NCBI GenBank assembly: GCA_015069385.1
Contig: SVIS01000005.1
Span: 627-64,626, forward strand
Direction: 5' to 3'
DNA length: 64,000 nucleotides
From: Clostridiales bacterium
GTDB lineage: Bacteria; Bacillota; Clostridia; Christensenellales; UBA1242
Notes under the pieces: model-generated
Databases searched by the model: none
Seen by the model: the letters and a program-made list of their open reading frames with translations, nothing else
Told to the model about the DNA's origin: nothing
Made by a program: the position numbers and the translations under genes
Shown here: positions 52,890 through 62,280 of the stretch, piece by piece
Position numbering within the stretch: position 1 is the stretch's first letter
How the letters are laid out: every line of letters begins with the position of its first letter

Positions 52890-53066
52890 TTGACAAATTT
52901 ATTAAAAAGAACTAACATTTAAAAAGAAGGAAATGTTATGAAAAATATAAGTTTTTTACATCATCATATCAAATAACTTGCAAATTTTTGCAAGGTTTTT
53001 GGTATGCCTTGATATTTAAAAAGACTTTTAGCATCAATGGCATATTAAAACCATTGGTGCTTTTTT
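52890..53066 (+). promoter_or_regulatory. hisS promoter and ribosome-dependent His attenuator
   Basis: TTGACA-N17-TAACAT; leader ORF; alternative hairpins; terminator AGCATCAATGG/CCATTGGTGCT-T5. Confidence 0.8.
52938..52976 (+). CDS. His leader peptide MKNISFLHHHIK
   Basis: AAGGA RBS, three tandem CAT codons, upstream of hisS. Confidence 0.8.
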   Translation: MKNISFLHHHIK

Positions 53067-53075
53067 AAAAACTCC

Positions 53076-53159
53076 AGCGCGAAGTTGCTTTGCCTAAATG
53101 GCAAAGCAGAAAATGCATGAATGCATTTGCTTGGGCTGTGTAGCCCAAGCCTTCGCGCT
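53076..53159. repeat. GC-rich four-way-junction palindromic element
   Basis: Closing stem AGCGCGAAG/CTTCGCGCT enclosing three perfect hairpins. Confidence 0.65.
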
Positions 53160-53198
53160 TAAGTAACAATTAATAAACTTTAAAAGAAGGAAATAGAT

Positions 53199-54479
53199 AT
53201 GGAAATAGAATTAAAAAATTTAAAAGGAACTTGCGATTTTTTGCCAAACGAACAAATTGTCCGCAATAAAATTATGGCAGTACTTAGAAATAATTTTGAA
53301 AAATATGGATACTTACCTGTGGAAACACCAATCTTAAACTCATACGACTTGCTTGCATATAAATATGAAGAAGGTGCCGAAATATTAAGCGAAATTTATA
53401 CACTTAAAGACCAAGGCAAACGTAAATTAGGTTTAAGATATGATTTAACTGTTCCATTTTGCAAAGTTATAGGTTTAAACAAAGATTTAACTTTACCATT
53501 TAGGCGCTACGAAATAGGCAAAGTATTTCGCGATGGTCCCGTAAAACTTGGTAGAGCACGTGAATTTTATCAATGCGACATAGATGTTGTTGGCATAGAT
53601 GGCAGACTAATTGAAGTTGAACAAATGCTAATGGTAAAAAATGTATTTGATGAACTAAATATACCTGTAGAAATTAAGTGGAATAACCGCAAAGTAATGA
53701 GCGGGCTTTTAAAATTGGCCAATATTTCAGAAAGTTTAATTTCTAATATAATAGGCTTGATTGATAGATTAGAAAAAATATCATATAAAGAGTTACTTGA
53801 AGAATTTGAAAAACTTGAAATTAAAGAAGAAAAAGTACAAGAAATTTTACAACTTTTCTCTTACGATTTACCAACTTATGTTTCTAAATTTCAAAATGCT
53901 GAAATAGAAGTTTTAAAAGAGGGGATACAAGAATGTGTTGAACTTCAAAATTTAATTAACCAACTAGGGCTTGAAAATGTTTGTATCTTTTCACCACGTC
54001 TTGCCCGCGGGCTTAGCATTTATACAGGAACAGTTTTTGAATTTTTTGATAAACAAAAACGCATTGCCTCATCACTTGGTGGCGGCGGAAGATATAATAA
54101 AATTATCACAGAATTTATGGATAATGGTCAACAGTATCCTGCCGTTGGTTTATGCTTTGGCTTAGAACCAATTTATGTAATATTATCTAACCAACAACAA
54201 ATAGCACCTGTTGATGTTTTTATTGTTCCAATGGGAACCGAAGTAGAATGTTTAACACTTGCAAGTACTCTTAGAGCAAATGGCGTTAGAGTTTTGGTAG
54301 AAATGAAAAACAAAAAGGTTAAAAAATCTTTTGAATATGCAAATAAAACCGGCATAAAATATGTAATTGTTGTAGGAAGCAACGAAATAGAAAGCCAAAC
54401 ATTTGCTTTAAAAAATATGTTTACCGGTGAACAAATTTCGGTATCTTTAAGCGAAATGCTAAATATTTTAAAAAATTAA
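53199..54479 (+). CDS. hisS: Histidine--tRNA ligase
   Basis: LKGTCD, LRYDLTVP, GRAREFYQCD, LARGLSIYTG, GGGRY, anticodon-binding domain. Confidence 0.96.
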   Translation: MEIELKNLKGTCDFLPNEQIVRNKIMAVLRNNFEKYGYLPVETPILNSYDLLAYKYEEGAEILSEIYTLKDQGKRKLGLRYDLTVPFCKVIGLNKDLTLPFRRYEIGKVFRDGPVKLGRAREFYQCDIDVVGIDGRLIEVEQMLMVKNVFDELNIPVEIKWNNRKVMSGLLKLANISESLISNIIGLIDRLEKISYKELLEEFEKLEIKEEKVQEILQLFSYDLPTYVSKFQNAEIEVLKEGIQECVELQNLINQLGLENVCIFSPRLARGLSIYTGTVFEFFDKQKRIASSLGGGGRYNKIITEFMDNGQQYPAVGLCFGLEPIYVILSNQQQIAPVDVFIVPMGTEVECLTLASTLRANGVRVLVEMKNKKVKKSFEYANKTGIKYVIVVGSNEIESQTFALKNMFTGEQISVSLSEMLNILKN

Positions 54480-54526
54480 TCACCATATTGGTGATTTTTT
54501 TATATATTTTATGTTAATATATTTTT

Positions 54527-55174
54527 ATGAACTTTATATTATTTATGTTGTTTACAATAATAATATTTATGCTTGCTTTAATAGGTTATAAAAAATTCCA
54601 CTCCAGCACATTATATGCTCTTGCAATTGGAGGAATTGTTAATGCAAATTTTTTTCATGCAGGCCTTTACCCAATAAATTGCTTTGGCTTGCCATTTGGT
54701 ATAGATAGCATAATTTATACATTATTTGTTTTCTGTGTAATTTTAATGTTTTTTCAGCAAGGTAAAAAATCTGCTTATACACTTGCAATATCTAGCGTTG
54801 TTGCAATATTATTTTCTGCCATAATGCAATTAATTGCTGAACTATTTACAACAGGTTCGCAAAGCACAACATGGTTTACATTTTTAACATTTTTTGTTAG
54901 CGCCGCAGCAAGTATAATTGCAATTGTTATAACACTTGAAATTTTAGATAAAATTAAAGATAAAACAAATAATTATATTAAATTAATTGTGGGGCTTTTA
55001 TTACATACATTAATAAATACTGCAATTTATTATCCATTATCTATGCTTATTAATGGCACACCTTCCAACATTGGCTTACTTGTGCTTGCATCATTTATTG
55101 GTAAATTAATTGCCACAATTTGCGCAATTTTTACATTATTTTTACTTCATAAACTAAATAAAAGGAGTTATTAA
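54527..55174 (+). CDS. Membrane protein, possibly VUT/YhhQ (queuosine precursor transporter)-like
   Basis: About 7 TMs; AN..FG...IIY...GKKSA pattern. Confidence 0.45.
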   Translation: MNFILFMLFTIIIFMLALIGYKKFHSSTLYALAIGGIVNANFFHAGLYPINCFGLPFGIDSIIYTLFVFCVILMFFQQGKKSAYTLAISSVVAILFSAIMQLIAELFTTGSQSTTWFTFLTFFVSAAASIIAIVITLEILDKIKDKTNNYIKLIVGLLLHTLINTAIYYPLSMLINGTPSNIGLLVLASFIGKLIATICAIFTLFLLHKLNKRSY

Positions 55175-55693
55175 ATGGAATATAATTTAAACTTAAACGA
55201 ATTAGATGTAGAAAAATTAAAAAAACTATCACCTGGTGAATTAACTGATTTAGGAATTTGCCCTACGTGTTTTGATAGAGCAACAAACAAAAGTCTTTAT
55301 GGCGATGATAGCCAACTTAAAACATATGAAGATGATGATATTGAGTGTTTATTTGTACCTAATCCACGAGCAAAAGGTCATATGATGATTTCCACAAAAA
55401 CCCACTATCATGATATGGCAGAAGCACCAGACTATATTAATGAAAAAATTGTTCGCTTTGCTAAAGCCTATATGAATATTATTAAACAAGTTTATGGTTG
55501 CGTAAGAGTATATTTATGTACTATGGCAGATGGTCCTATGAACCATTATCACGTTCAACTTATTCCACGTTATGACCACGAAGAGCGAGGTTCTAAAAAC
55601 TTTGTAAAACCAAGACAAAAATATGTTTACCAAGAAGAATCTTTTAACCAAGTTTGCAAACTAATAAACGAATATGCAAAAAAACAAATCTAA
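55175..55693 (+). CDS. HIT family protein
   Basis: CPTC, P...GHMMI, HYHVQLIPR. Confidence 0.85.
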   Translation: MEYNLNLNELDVEKLKKLSPGELTDLGICPTCFDRATNKSLYGDDSQLKTYEDDDIECLFVPNPRAKGHMMISTKTHYHDMAEAPDYINEKIVRFAKAYMNIIKQVYGCVRVYLCTMADGPMNHYHVQLIPRYDHEERGSKNFVKPRQKYVYQEESFNQVCKLINEYAKKQI

Positions 55694-55871
55694 TAACATT
55701 ACTAATAAATAAAAACTATTTGTTTTTATTTATTTTTATTTAGTAATTTTTCAATAGAATGTAAATATTGTTCATATTTTTCCTTATTAAATTATTTTTG
55801 TACAAATATAAAAAATATTTGACAAAAAATTACAAAGCATTATAAAATTATGGTTAAAGGGTGATAAATTG

Positions 55872-56171
55872 ATGGAAATTAATTCAAATGTTCGTAATAC
55901 AATGATATTATACGGCTTTGACTTTTTGCTCAAAGGCACTTCATATATTTACGAAATGGTATTAGAAATGGCAAACAACTTTTCATTTAGAACAGGTAGC
56001 AAACTAATGCAATATATTTCCGATAAACATGACATTAAACTAAAATCTATGAACAGAGCAGTTAGGTGGGCAATATTTAATGCAACAAAACGCGGTGAAA
56101 CGTTTAATACTGCCATTCCAACAAAAATATTAATTAAAAAAATATATAATGCTGCCCTTATTAATTGTTAA
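55872..56171 (+). CDS. Stand-alone Spo0A C-terminal-like DNA-binding domain protein
   Basis: LKGTSYI..., RAVRWAI, PT resemble Spo0A_C KGY.YL / RAIRHAI / PT. Confidence 0.6.
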   Translation: MEINSNVRNTMILYGFDFLLKGTSYIYEMVLEMANNFSFRTGSKLMQYISDKHDIKLKSMNRAVRWAIFNATKRGETFNTAIPTKILIKKIYNAALINC

Positions 56172-56757
56172 ATCTTAATGCTAAATTTTTAATTGCCTCT
56201 AAAACCGGTAGGTTTGTTTGCACCATAATTTCATCTGTATTTAAACATAATATAATATCACTACTATTTAATGTAGCATTTAACTTTTTAAAAATGTATT
56301 GCGCTTGCTTTATAGGTAAATCTTGATTATTTTCACCTTGTAAAACTTTACATGCACCACCGCCTCCAACTAAAATTAACCCAGACTGTTTGTTTTTAAA
56401 ATTATTTATAATATTTAATTTTACTTTGTTATTGTAAGTAAAATTAAACCTGTTAATTAAATTAAACATTGGTCCGGGTAAATTAGATTGATATATTGGA
56501 GATGCTATAATAATTTGCTCATAGTCATCGGCAATAATTTTTTTAAAACCATCATTTAAACAACAATATTGATTTATGCTACAACCACCGCAATCTATGC
56601 AACTGCTTATACCTTTATCATTTGCAATAGGAAAAACATTTACAATTTCAACACTATGAGCATAGTGTTTTTTAAACTCGTTAATTAAAAAATATGTATT
56701 GCCATTTAATTTAGGACTACCATTAATAATTAAACATTTTTTATTCATTAATTGCAC
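56161..56757 (-). CDS. Flavodoxin/NADPH-dependent FMN reductase family protein
   Basis: INGSPKLNGNT, CIDCGGC, ASPIY. Confidence 0.88.
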   Translation of the reverse strand: MQLMNKKCLIINGSPKLNGNTYFLINEFKKHYAHSVEIVNVFPIANDKGISSCIDCGGCSINQYCCLNDGFKKIIADDYEQIIIASPIYQSNLPGPMFNLINRFNFTYNNKVKLNIINNFKNKQSGLILVGGGGACKVLQGENNQDLPIKQAQYIFKKLNATLNSSDIILCLNTDEIMVQTNLPVLEAIKNLALRFNN

Positions 56758-56770
56758 TCCTTTTTTTTAA

Positions 56771-57316
56771 TTATACATCTAATCTTTTTATATCGCTTAA
56801 ATTTATGTAATCTTTTAACTCTTTCATATCAATGCTTTGTTTTTTATAAAGATTAAAAAGTTTTTTATACGCTTTGTTTTCAAACTCCTTGTCAATTGAA
56901 GCTTTATGATAAACGCCATTTATATAAATACTAAATGCCGAAAGCAAATTTTTTAAATAATCTTGCACTTTTCCTGCAAAAAGACATTCCTGCATAATTT
57001 CATATTTGCGACTATTTACATAAGCATTTTCAATACGATTTTTAAATTCTGAAGTAAATTCTATTTCGTTTACAAGTTCAATAATTTCAGAAAAATTATG
57101 TTTTTTGTTATTAATGTTTAAGCCCGCCTCTAAATACCCAACAATATACCATAAATCGCAGGTGAATTTGTAAATTTCAAATCGCTTATCAAACAACTGA
57201 ATACTTGCGTTTATGTTTTGACTTTTTGTTTGTTGCCTGATTGATACAATAGAAACAACAATTGCCACAACCGAAGTTAAACAACTAAGCACAATACTAA
57301 CAATTTCAACAACCAT
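56771..57316 (-). CDS. Hypothetical protein with N-terminal TM
   Basis: TM then LFDKRFEIY; follows XRE genes. Confidence 0.6.
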   Translation of the reverse strand: MVVEIVSIVLSCLTSVVAIVVSIVSIRQQTKSQNINASIQLFDKRFEIYKFTCDLWYIVGYLEAGLNINNKKHNFSEIIELVNEIEFTSEFKNRIENAYVNSRKYEIMQECLFAGKVQDYLKNLLSAFSIYINGVYHKASIDKEFENKAYKKLFNLYKKQSIDMKELKDYINLSDIKRLDV

Positions 57317-57326
57317 AAAATCCCCT

Positions 57327-57533
57327 TTAATCTTCCAAACCTAGTAAATAATCGGTTGTAACCTTAAAATATTTGGCTAGAATAATAAGCCTTTGTAATT
57401 TCCTAATTTTTGTTTTGCCTTTTTCCCAACATATCAAAGTTGAAACTGGAATATCAATCTCTTTTGATAAGGCTATCACCGATAAGTTTTTGGCTTCTCT
57501 TAATTTTTTTAATCTTTTTGCAAATTTTTCCAT
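57327..57533 (-). CDS. XRE family HTH
   Basis: RLKKLR...WEKG...LAKYFKVTTDYLLG. Confidence 0.88.
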   Translation of the reverse strand: MEKFAKRLKKLREAKNLSVIALSKEIDIPVSTLICWEKGKTKIRKLQRLIILAKYFKVTTDYLLGLED

Positions 57534-57659
57534 TATATTCCCTTTATGAAAATTATACTACCTTAAATAAATTAAAAATAATTTAATTATTCTAAACGGT
57601 ATCATAAGTACAATAATATAAATGAGGATAAAGTCTGGAACATTTCATAAATAGAACAC

Positions 57660-57863
57660 TTAGTTCTCTAACCCTAATAAATAGTCAGAAGTTTCACCTA
57701 ATGCTTTGCATATTAAAATTAAAACATCTAAAGTTGGCTCTCGTTTTCCAGTGCAGTAATTATTAACAACACCTTGTGACATTCCTATTGCTTTTGCAAG
57801 CGCAACCTGTGACATTGCGTTTTCTTTTAAACTTTGCTTTAATCTTTCACTAAATTTATTCAT
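57660..57863 (-). CDS. XRE family HTH
   Basis: SQVALAK...YCTGKREP...SDYLLG. Confidence 0.88.
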   Translation of the reverse strand: MNKFSERLKQSLKENAMSQVALAKAIGMSQGVVNNYCTGKREPTLDVLILICKALGETSDYLLGLEN

Positions 57864-57873
57864 AATTTATATT

Positions 57874-57948
57874 ATACTGCAATTAGCCGTAAATTTGTTG
57901 ACATACGGCTATTAGCAGTATATACTAATGTAAGGTCAATAGCAGTAC
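57874..57948. promoter_or_regulatory. Divergent promoter region with three operator repeats
   Basis: ATACTGCAATTAGCCGTA and TACGGCTATTAGCAGTAT are inverted (16/18); third copy TAAGGTCAATAGCAGTAC; TTGACA-N17-TATACT. Confidence 0.6.
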
Positions 57949-57958
57949 AGGAGGTAAT

Positions 57959-58045
57959 ATGAGAAAATTTCTAAAAACTGAAATATTTGAAGAGTATATA
58001 AAACAAAATTGTCAGTGGCAAAAACTTTAAATTGCGAGCACTTTT
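57959..58045 (+). pseudogene. Decayed Cro-like HTH remnant
   Basis: AGGAGG RBS, MRKFLKTEIFEEYIKQN then out-of-frame VAKTLNCE. Confidence 0.4.
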
Positions 58046-58188
58046 AAACATTGCAAATACATTAACATAGAAATATACAAATTAATAATATAACACAATT
58101 AATACATAACACATTTTAAGCCATTTTGAACTAACGAATATAGACATTTTATCATTGATTAGATAAGGTGTCTTTTTCGTATAAAAAC

Positions 58189-58250
58189 TTCCGCTATCGG
58201 AAATAAATGTTATATAAACGATTGATAAATTTCCGATAATGGAATATAAT
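58189..58250 (+). promoter_or_regulatory. fic promoter with two TTCCG-N4-(C/T)GGAA operators
   Basis: TTCCGCTATCGGAA (58189) and TTCCGATAATGGAA (58231), the latter inside TTGATA-N17-TATAAT. Confidence 0.65.
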
Positions 58251-58273
58251 AGTAAAAAATAGAGGTAATATAA

Positions 58274-59164
58274 ATGGATTTTATATCAGTTGCAGAAATT
58301 GCAAAGAAATGGAATGTATCAGATAGAATGGTTAGAAATTATTGTGCAAAGAAAAGAATACCAGGCGCTTTTTTGACTGGTAAAACTTGGAATATACCAG
58401 CAAATGCAGTAAAACCTAAAAGAGAAAGTAAAAAAAACTTTAGTAATAATAAATTATTAAATATTTTAAAAGAACAAAAAAATATTAAACTGGGCGGTGG
58501 CATTTATCACAAAACACAAATTGAATTAACCTACAACTCAAATCATATCGAAGGCAGTACTTTAACTCACGACCAAACAAGATATATCTTTGAAACAAAT
58601 ACCATTGGTATAGAAAAAGAAACAATTAACATTGATGACATTGTTGAAACAGCAAACCACTTCAAATGTGTTGATTATATAATTGATAATGCATTAAAAC
58701 CGCTTAGTGAAGCAATGATTAAAGAATTACACTTTATACTTAAAAACGGAACAAGTGATAGCAGAAAAGATTGGTTTAATGTTGGAGATTATAAAAAATT
58801 CCCAAATGAAGTTGGTGGTGAAGAAACTTGTTCGCCTGAGAATGTAAAAGAAGAAATGAAAAAACTTTTATCTTTTTATAACAACATAAAACAAAAATCT
58901 TTTGAGCAAATTCTAGAGTTTCATAAAACCTTTGAAGTTATTCACCCATTTCAAGATGGAAATGGTCGTGTTGGAAGGCTCTTAATGTTTAAAGAGTGTT
59001 TAGCAAATAACATTGTTCCATTTATCATTGATGAAAACCATAAATTATTTTACTATCGTGGACTTAAAGAATGGAAAAATGAAAAAGGCTATTTAATTGA
59101 CACTTGCCTATCTTGCCAGGATAAATATAAATCATGGTTAGATTATTTCAAAATTGAATATTAA
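58274..59164 (+). CDS. Fic family protein with N-terminal HTH
   Basis: HPFQDGNGRVGR; inhibitory SNHIEG; N-terminal excisionase-like HTH. Confidence 0.93.
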   Translation: MDFISVAEIAKKWNVSDRMVRNYCAKKRIPGAFLTGKTWNIPANAVKPKRESKKNFSNNKLLNILKEQKNIKLGGGIYHKTQIELTYNSNHIEGSTLTHDQTRYIFETNTIGIEKETINIDDIVETANHFKCVDYIIDNALKPLSEAMIKELHFILKNGTSDSRKDWFNVGDYKKFPNEVGGEETCSPENVKEEMKKLLSFYNNIKQKSFEQILEFHKTFEVIHPFQDGNGRVGRLLMFKECLANNIVPFIIDENHKLFYYRGLKEWKNEKGYLIDTCLSCQDKYKSWLDYFKIEY

Positions 59165-59202
59165 AAAATTGCCGTATTAATTTACGGCAATTTTTAATAT
59201 AG

Positions 59203-60576
59203 TTATTCTACCTCGTCACAGCAAAAGAAGTCGTTATCTATATAGTGGCAGATAAATCTTGCTTTTAAGTTTCTGCTTGGGCAAATTGAGTCAGTTACAT
59301 CAATTGTGCTTAAATCTTCTGGTAATACAAATTTAATGCATCTAACTAAAACGTCTTGACAGGTTTCTCTAGTATGGGCTGGAATTGTCATTGTTTTTAA
59401 ACCACGTTTATGCTCTATGCCGTTGTCATCTACTTCGTTTAAAATTACGGCAAGTGCAACACGTTTATTTGGGCAAATATTTTTTAAAGTTACATCTAGT
59501 TGCACAATTCTTCCAAGTGACTCCATTACAAGGTCGCCTGCATCAAAAACTATTGAATCTGAGCAAGTATCAACGGCTATGTCTACAGGTGTAGGACATT
59601 CTTCAGGGTTAACAATAATGTCGCAGTCAACATTAAGTGTTGGAGAAGGGAAGTTTACAACATTGCCTTCGGTATCGGTATAGGTTATAGATTCATTAAT
59701 CTCAACTTCGCCAGAGCAAGTACCAATGTGTTGAACAGTAAATTCTAACACAGCACCCTCGCTTGCTGTTACGCCAAGTTCATCAATTCTCCATTCAATT
59801 GTGTTCATATCAAGTAAAGTTGCTGTGCCTTTTGTTGGAGAGGTTATTGAAGTAATGCGGAAACAATCGATAACTGTGTCGGTTATAACAATATTAGTTG
59901 CACCAGGATTAACGATGTTTTCGGCAAGGTCCTCAAATAAATCGGCAAGTTCGGCATCATCTGGAGTTATTGCAACATAAGAAGATGCAGGACTAGATGC
60001 CCAGCCCTCTAGCACAGGAACATCAACGCCGCCGTTGCCAGATAGTCCAATAACATAAATTATAACGCCCTGAGATTTTGCAAGTGTAGTAATGGCGTTT
60101 GCATCGCCTCCTGTTGTAGTAAAGCCATCTGTAAACATAACCATAACTTTTGCGTTTGTAGATACATCATCAAACAAGTCTAGCGCTTTTGTAAAAGCAT
60201 CTTCGTGGTTAGTAGAGCCACCTGCGCTTAAAGCGTCGATAGCAGTTTTTAAGTCAGAAGATGAAGTAATTAATTGAGTATCTTGCACACCAATGTCGGC
60301 AAAACTTACAACGCCAATACGGCTTCCGCCTTGAATTTCGCCGTCAATTGTTCCACCCGTTGCTTGTGTAATTATATCAACAAATGCTTTTGCACCTTCT
60401 TTTAAATTGGTTATTGCGCTACCCGCCATACTTCCCGAACGGTCTAAAATTAACACTATATCGGTTGGGTTAGAAGTAATATCAGGCTCGGCAGTAAGTG
60501 ACAACCTAACATTAAAAGACTGACCACAATTTATTTGTGTGGCAGTTAACTCTTTATTAAAATTGGTAACACCCAT
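59203..60576 (-). CDS. vWA domain protein, likely spore-associated
   Basis: MIDAS DRSGSM, GGST, FTDG; Cys-containing acidic C-terminus; start set at MGVTNF. Confidence 0.85.
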   Translation of the reverse strand: MGVTNFNKELTATQINCGQSFNVRLSLTAEPDITSNPTDIVLILDRSGSMAGSAITNLKEGAKAFVDIITQATGGTIDGEIQGGSRIGVVSFADIGVQDTQLITSSSDLKTAIDALSAGGSTNHEDAFTKALDLFDDVSTNAKVMVMFTDGFTTTGGDANAITTLAKSQGVIIYVIGLSGNGGVDVPVLEGWASSPASSYVAITPDDAELADLFEDLAENIVNPGATNIVITDTVIDCFRITSITSPTKGTATLLDMNTIEWRIDELGVTASEGAVLEFTVQHIGTCSGEVEINESITYTDTEGNVVNFPSPTLNVDCDIIVNPEECPTPVDIAVDTCSDSIVFDAGDLVMESLGRIVQLDVTLKNICPNKRVALAVILNEVDDNGIEHKRGLKTMTIPAHTRETCQDVLVRCIKFVLPEDLSTIDVTDSICPSRNLKARFICHYIDNDFFCCDEVE

Positions 60577-60661
60577 TTTACTAAGTCCTTTTACATGCCA
60601 ACAATGCCTTATGTTGACAAATTGTAAAGCATGTGATATTATATTTATAAAGAGGTGTAAT

Positions 60662-62194
60662 ATGAGTATATATACATTACAAAAAAAACTTTTTAGCAAA
60701 AATCTTGTAGATAATTATGGAAGAAAACTTGAGTTAAAAAACACTGCCTTTAAATTAAAAGAAGCAGAGGGCGGTTTTGTATTAAGCGCTTCATTTGTAA
60801 AAACACCTGTTTTGAAATCGGTTGAGGTAGAAAGCGGTAATCGTTGTATATGTGAAACTGCTGATGGCAAAAAAATTATTCTTGATTTAGAAACTGCCAA
60901 AATGTCTGTGCCTTTTACACATTCATCATACGACAGATATGGCTCTAGAATTCTTGTTGGCGAAAACAATGCTTTAACTCTTTTGGATGCTGGTCTAAAT
61001 TGTAAAGATTTAGGCTACTTTGGTGTTCTTGAAACAAATTCATTTAATAAATTAGCACTTAAACAAGCATCAACATATAATTATTGTTGGCTTACTTATG
61101 CAAAAGATAAAAATGGAAAATATGGCATATTAAATCAAAATGGGAATGTAATTGTTCCTTTTGAATTTGAAATACCAGATATTACTTTAGAAAAAACAAT
61201 TATCTCTAATGTTACCCACAGAACTGAACTTTTTATATTCAAGTGTGGCGATAGGCAAATTGTTGTAAATACTTCTGGCCAAGTTTTAAGAGATGGCAAC
61301 AAAACAGAATGCACCGAACTTTATAATGATGAAAAAACTGGTTATTCATTTTACGATGCAAAAACTGACACTAGTGCCATTTATGAATTTAATCATGAAA
61401 CCCTTGCATTTGATCAAGTTACCACTTTAGATGGTAACGCAAAATATCTTAATGCAAAAACTAGTAATGGTTCTAGATTATACGCTACTAAAAAAGATGG
61501 AAAGTTTGCAGTAGTAGACGCTAATGGTAACACTATTATACCTAGAGAATTTGATTATATTAAAAAAGTTGATGTAAAAGGAAATAGTTCAAAAAGAGAT
61601 ATTTTGTTTGCCACCCAAATTGGCACAGGCAAAAAAGATGCTTGGGGCAATGAAATAATGAAATCCGGAGTTTATTCTTATAACAACCAAAAACAATTAC
61701 TTCCAGCCAAATATGAAATTGCATTTGATCTTTCTTATTGGGGCAAAAACGACAATTATAGATTTTTAGCTTCTGATGGCGAATATTGGGGCGTTGTAGA
61801 TGACAAAGGTGAAGTAATTGTTGATTTTGAATATAAATTGCCTACAACAAAATTCCATGTAAGCGATGGCAGAAATTCATATTTAAAACTTAAAGACAAA
61901 AATGACAATGAAGTTTATATAAAAGATGGCTCTTTAACTCTTGCAACCGCTGAGGATATAAAAAATATAGAAGAACATGGTCGACATCTACAAGCCTCCG
62001 CAGAGCAAGACAAACAAAGAAAACTTGCACAACAACAAAGAGAAGAAGCAGAAAGAACTAGAGCAGCACAAGCCGCAGCAAAAGAAGAAAAAGCAACTAA
62101 CGCAGCAATTGTTGCAGGCATTTTAACCGAAAGCCCTATTGTTGGAATGATGGTTTATGACCACATTATGGAAAATGAAGATTTACAAAAATAA
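60662..62194 (+). CDS. WG-repeat protein with C-terminal coiled coil
   Basis: GKYGILNQNG..IVPFEF, GKFAVVDANG..IIP, YWGVVDDKGEVIVDF; start MSIY with GAGGTG; ends ENEDLQK. Confidence 0.8.
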   Translation: MSIYTLQKKLFSKNLVDNYGRKLELKNTAFKLKEAEGGFVLSASFVKTPVLKSVEVESGNRCICETADGKKIILDLETAKMSVPFTHSSYDRYGSRILVGENNALTLLDAGLNCKDLGYFGVLETNSFNKLALKQASTYNYCWLTYAKDKNGKYGILNQNGNVIVPFEFEIPDITLEKTIISNVTHRTELFIFKCGDRQIVVNTSGQVLRDGNKTECTELYNDEKTGYSFYDAKTDTSAIYEFNHETLAFDQVTTLDGNAKYLNAKTSNGSRLYATKKDGKFAVVDANGNTIIPREFDYIKKVDVKGNSSKRDILFATQIGTGKKDAWGNEIMKSGVYSYNNQKQLLPAKYEIAFDLSYWGKNDNYRFLASDGEYWGVVDDKGEVIVDFEYKLPTTKFHVSDGRNSYLKLKDKNDNEVYIKDGSLTLATAEDIKNIEEHGRHLQASAEQDKQRKLAQQQREEAERTRAAQAAAKEEKATNAAIVAGILTESPIVGMMVYDHIMENEDLQK

Positions 62195-62280
62195 TTTATA
62201 AAACAAAAAACACCTTAAATTTAGGTGTTTTTTTATTTTAATTATTAAAATATATATTATTTTAAATCAAAATATTTATT

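Noticed and set aside
52881-53198. T-box riboswitch upstream of hisS
   Set aside because: No GGTGGNACCGCG T-box motif; the His leader peptide explains the terminator.
54480-54526. preQ1 riboswitch before the VUT-like gene
   Set aside because: Only the hisS terminator and AT-rich sequence; no preQ1 consensus.
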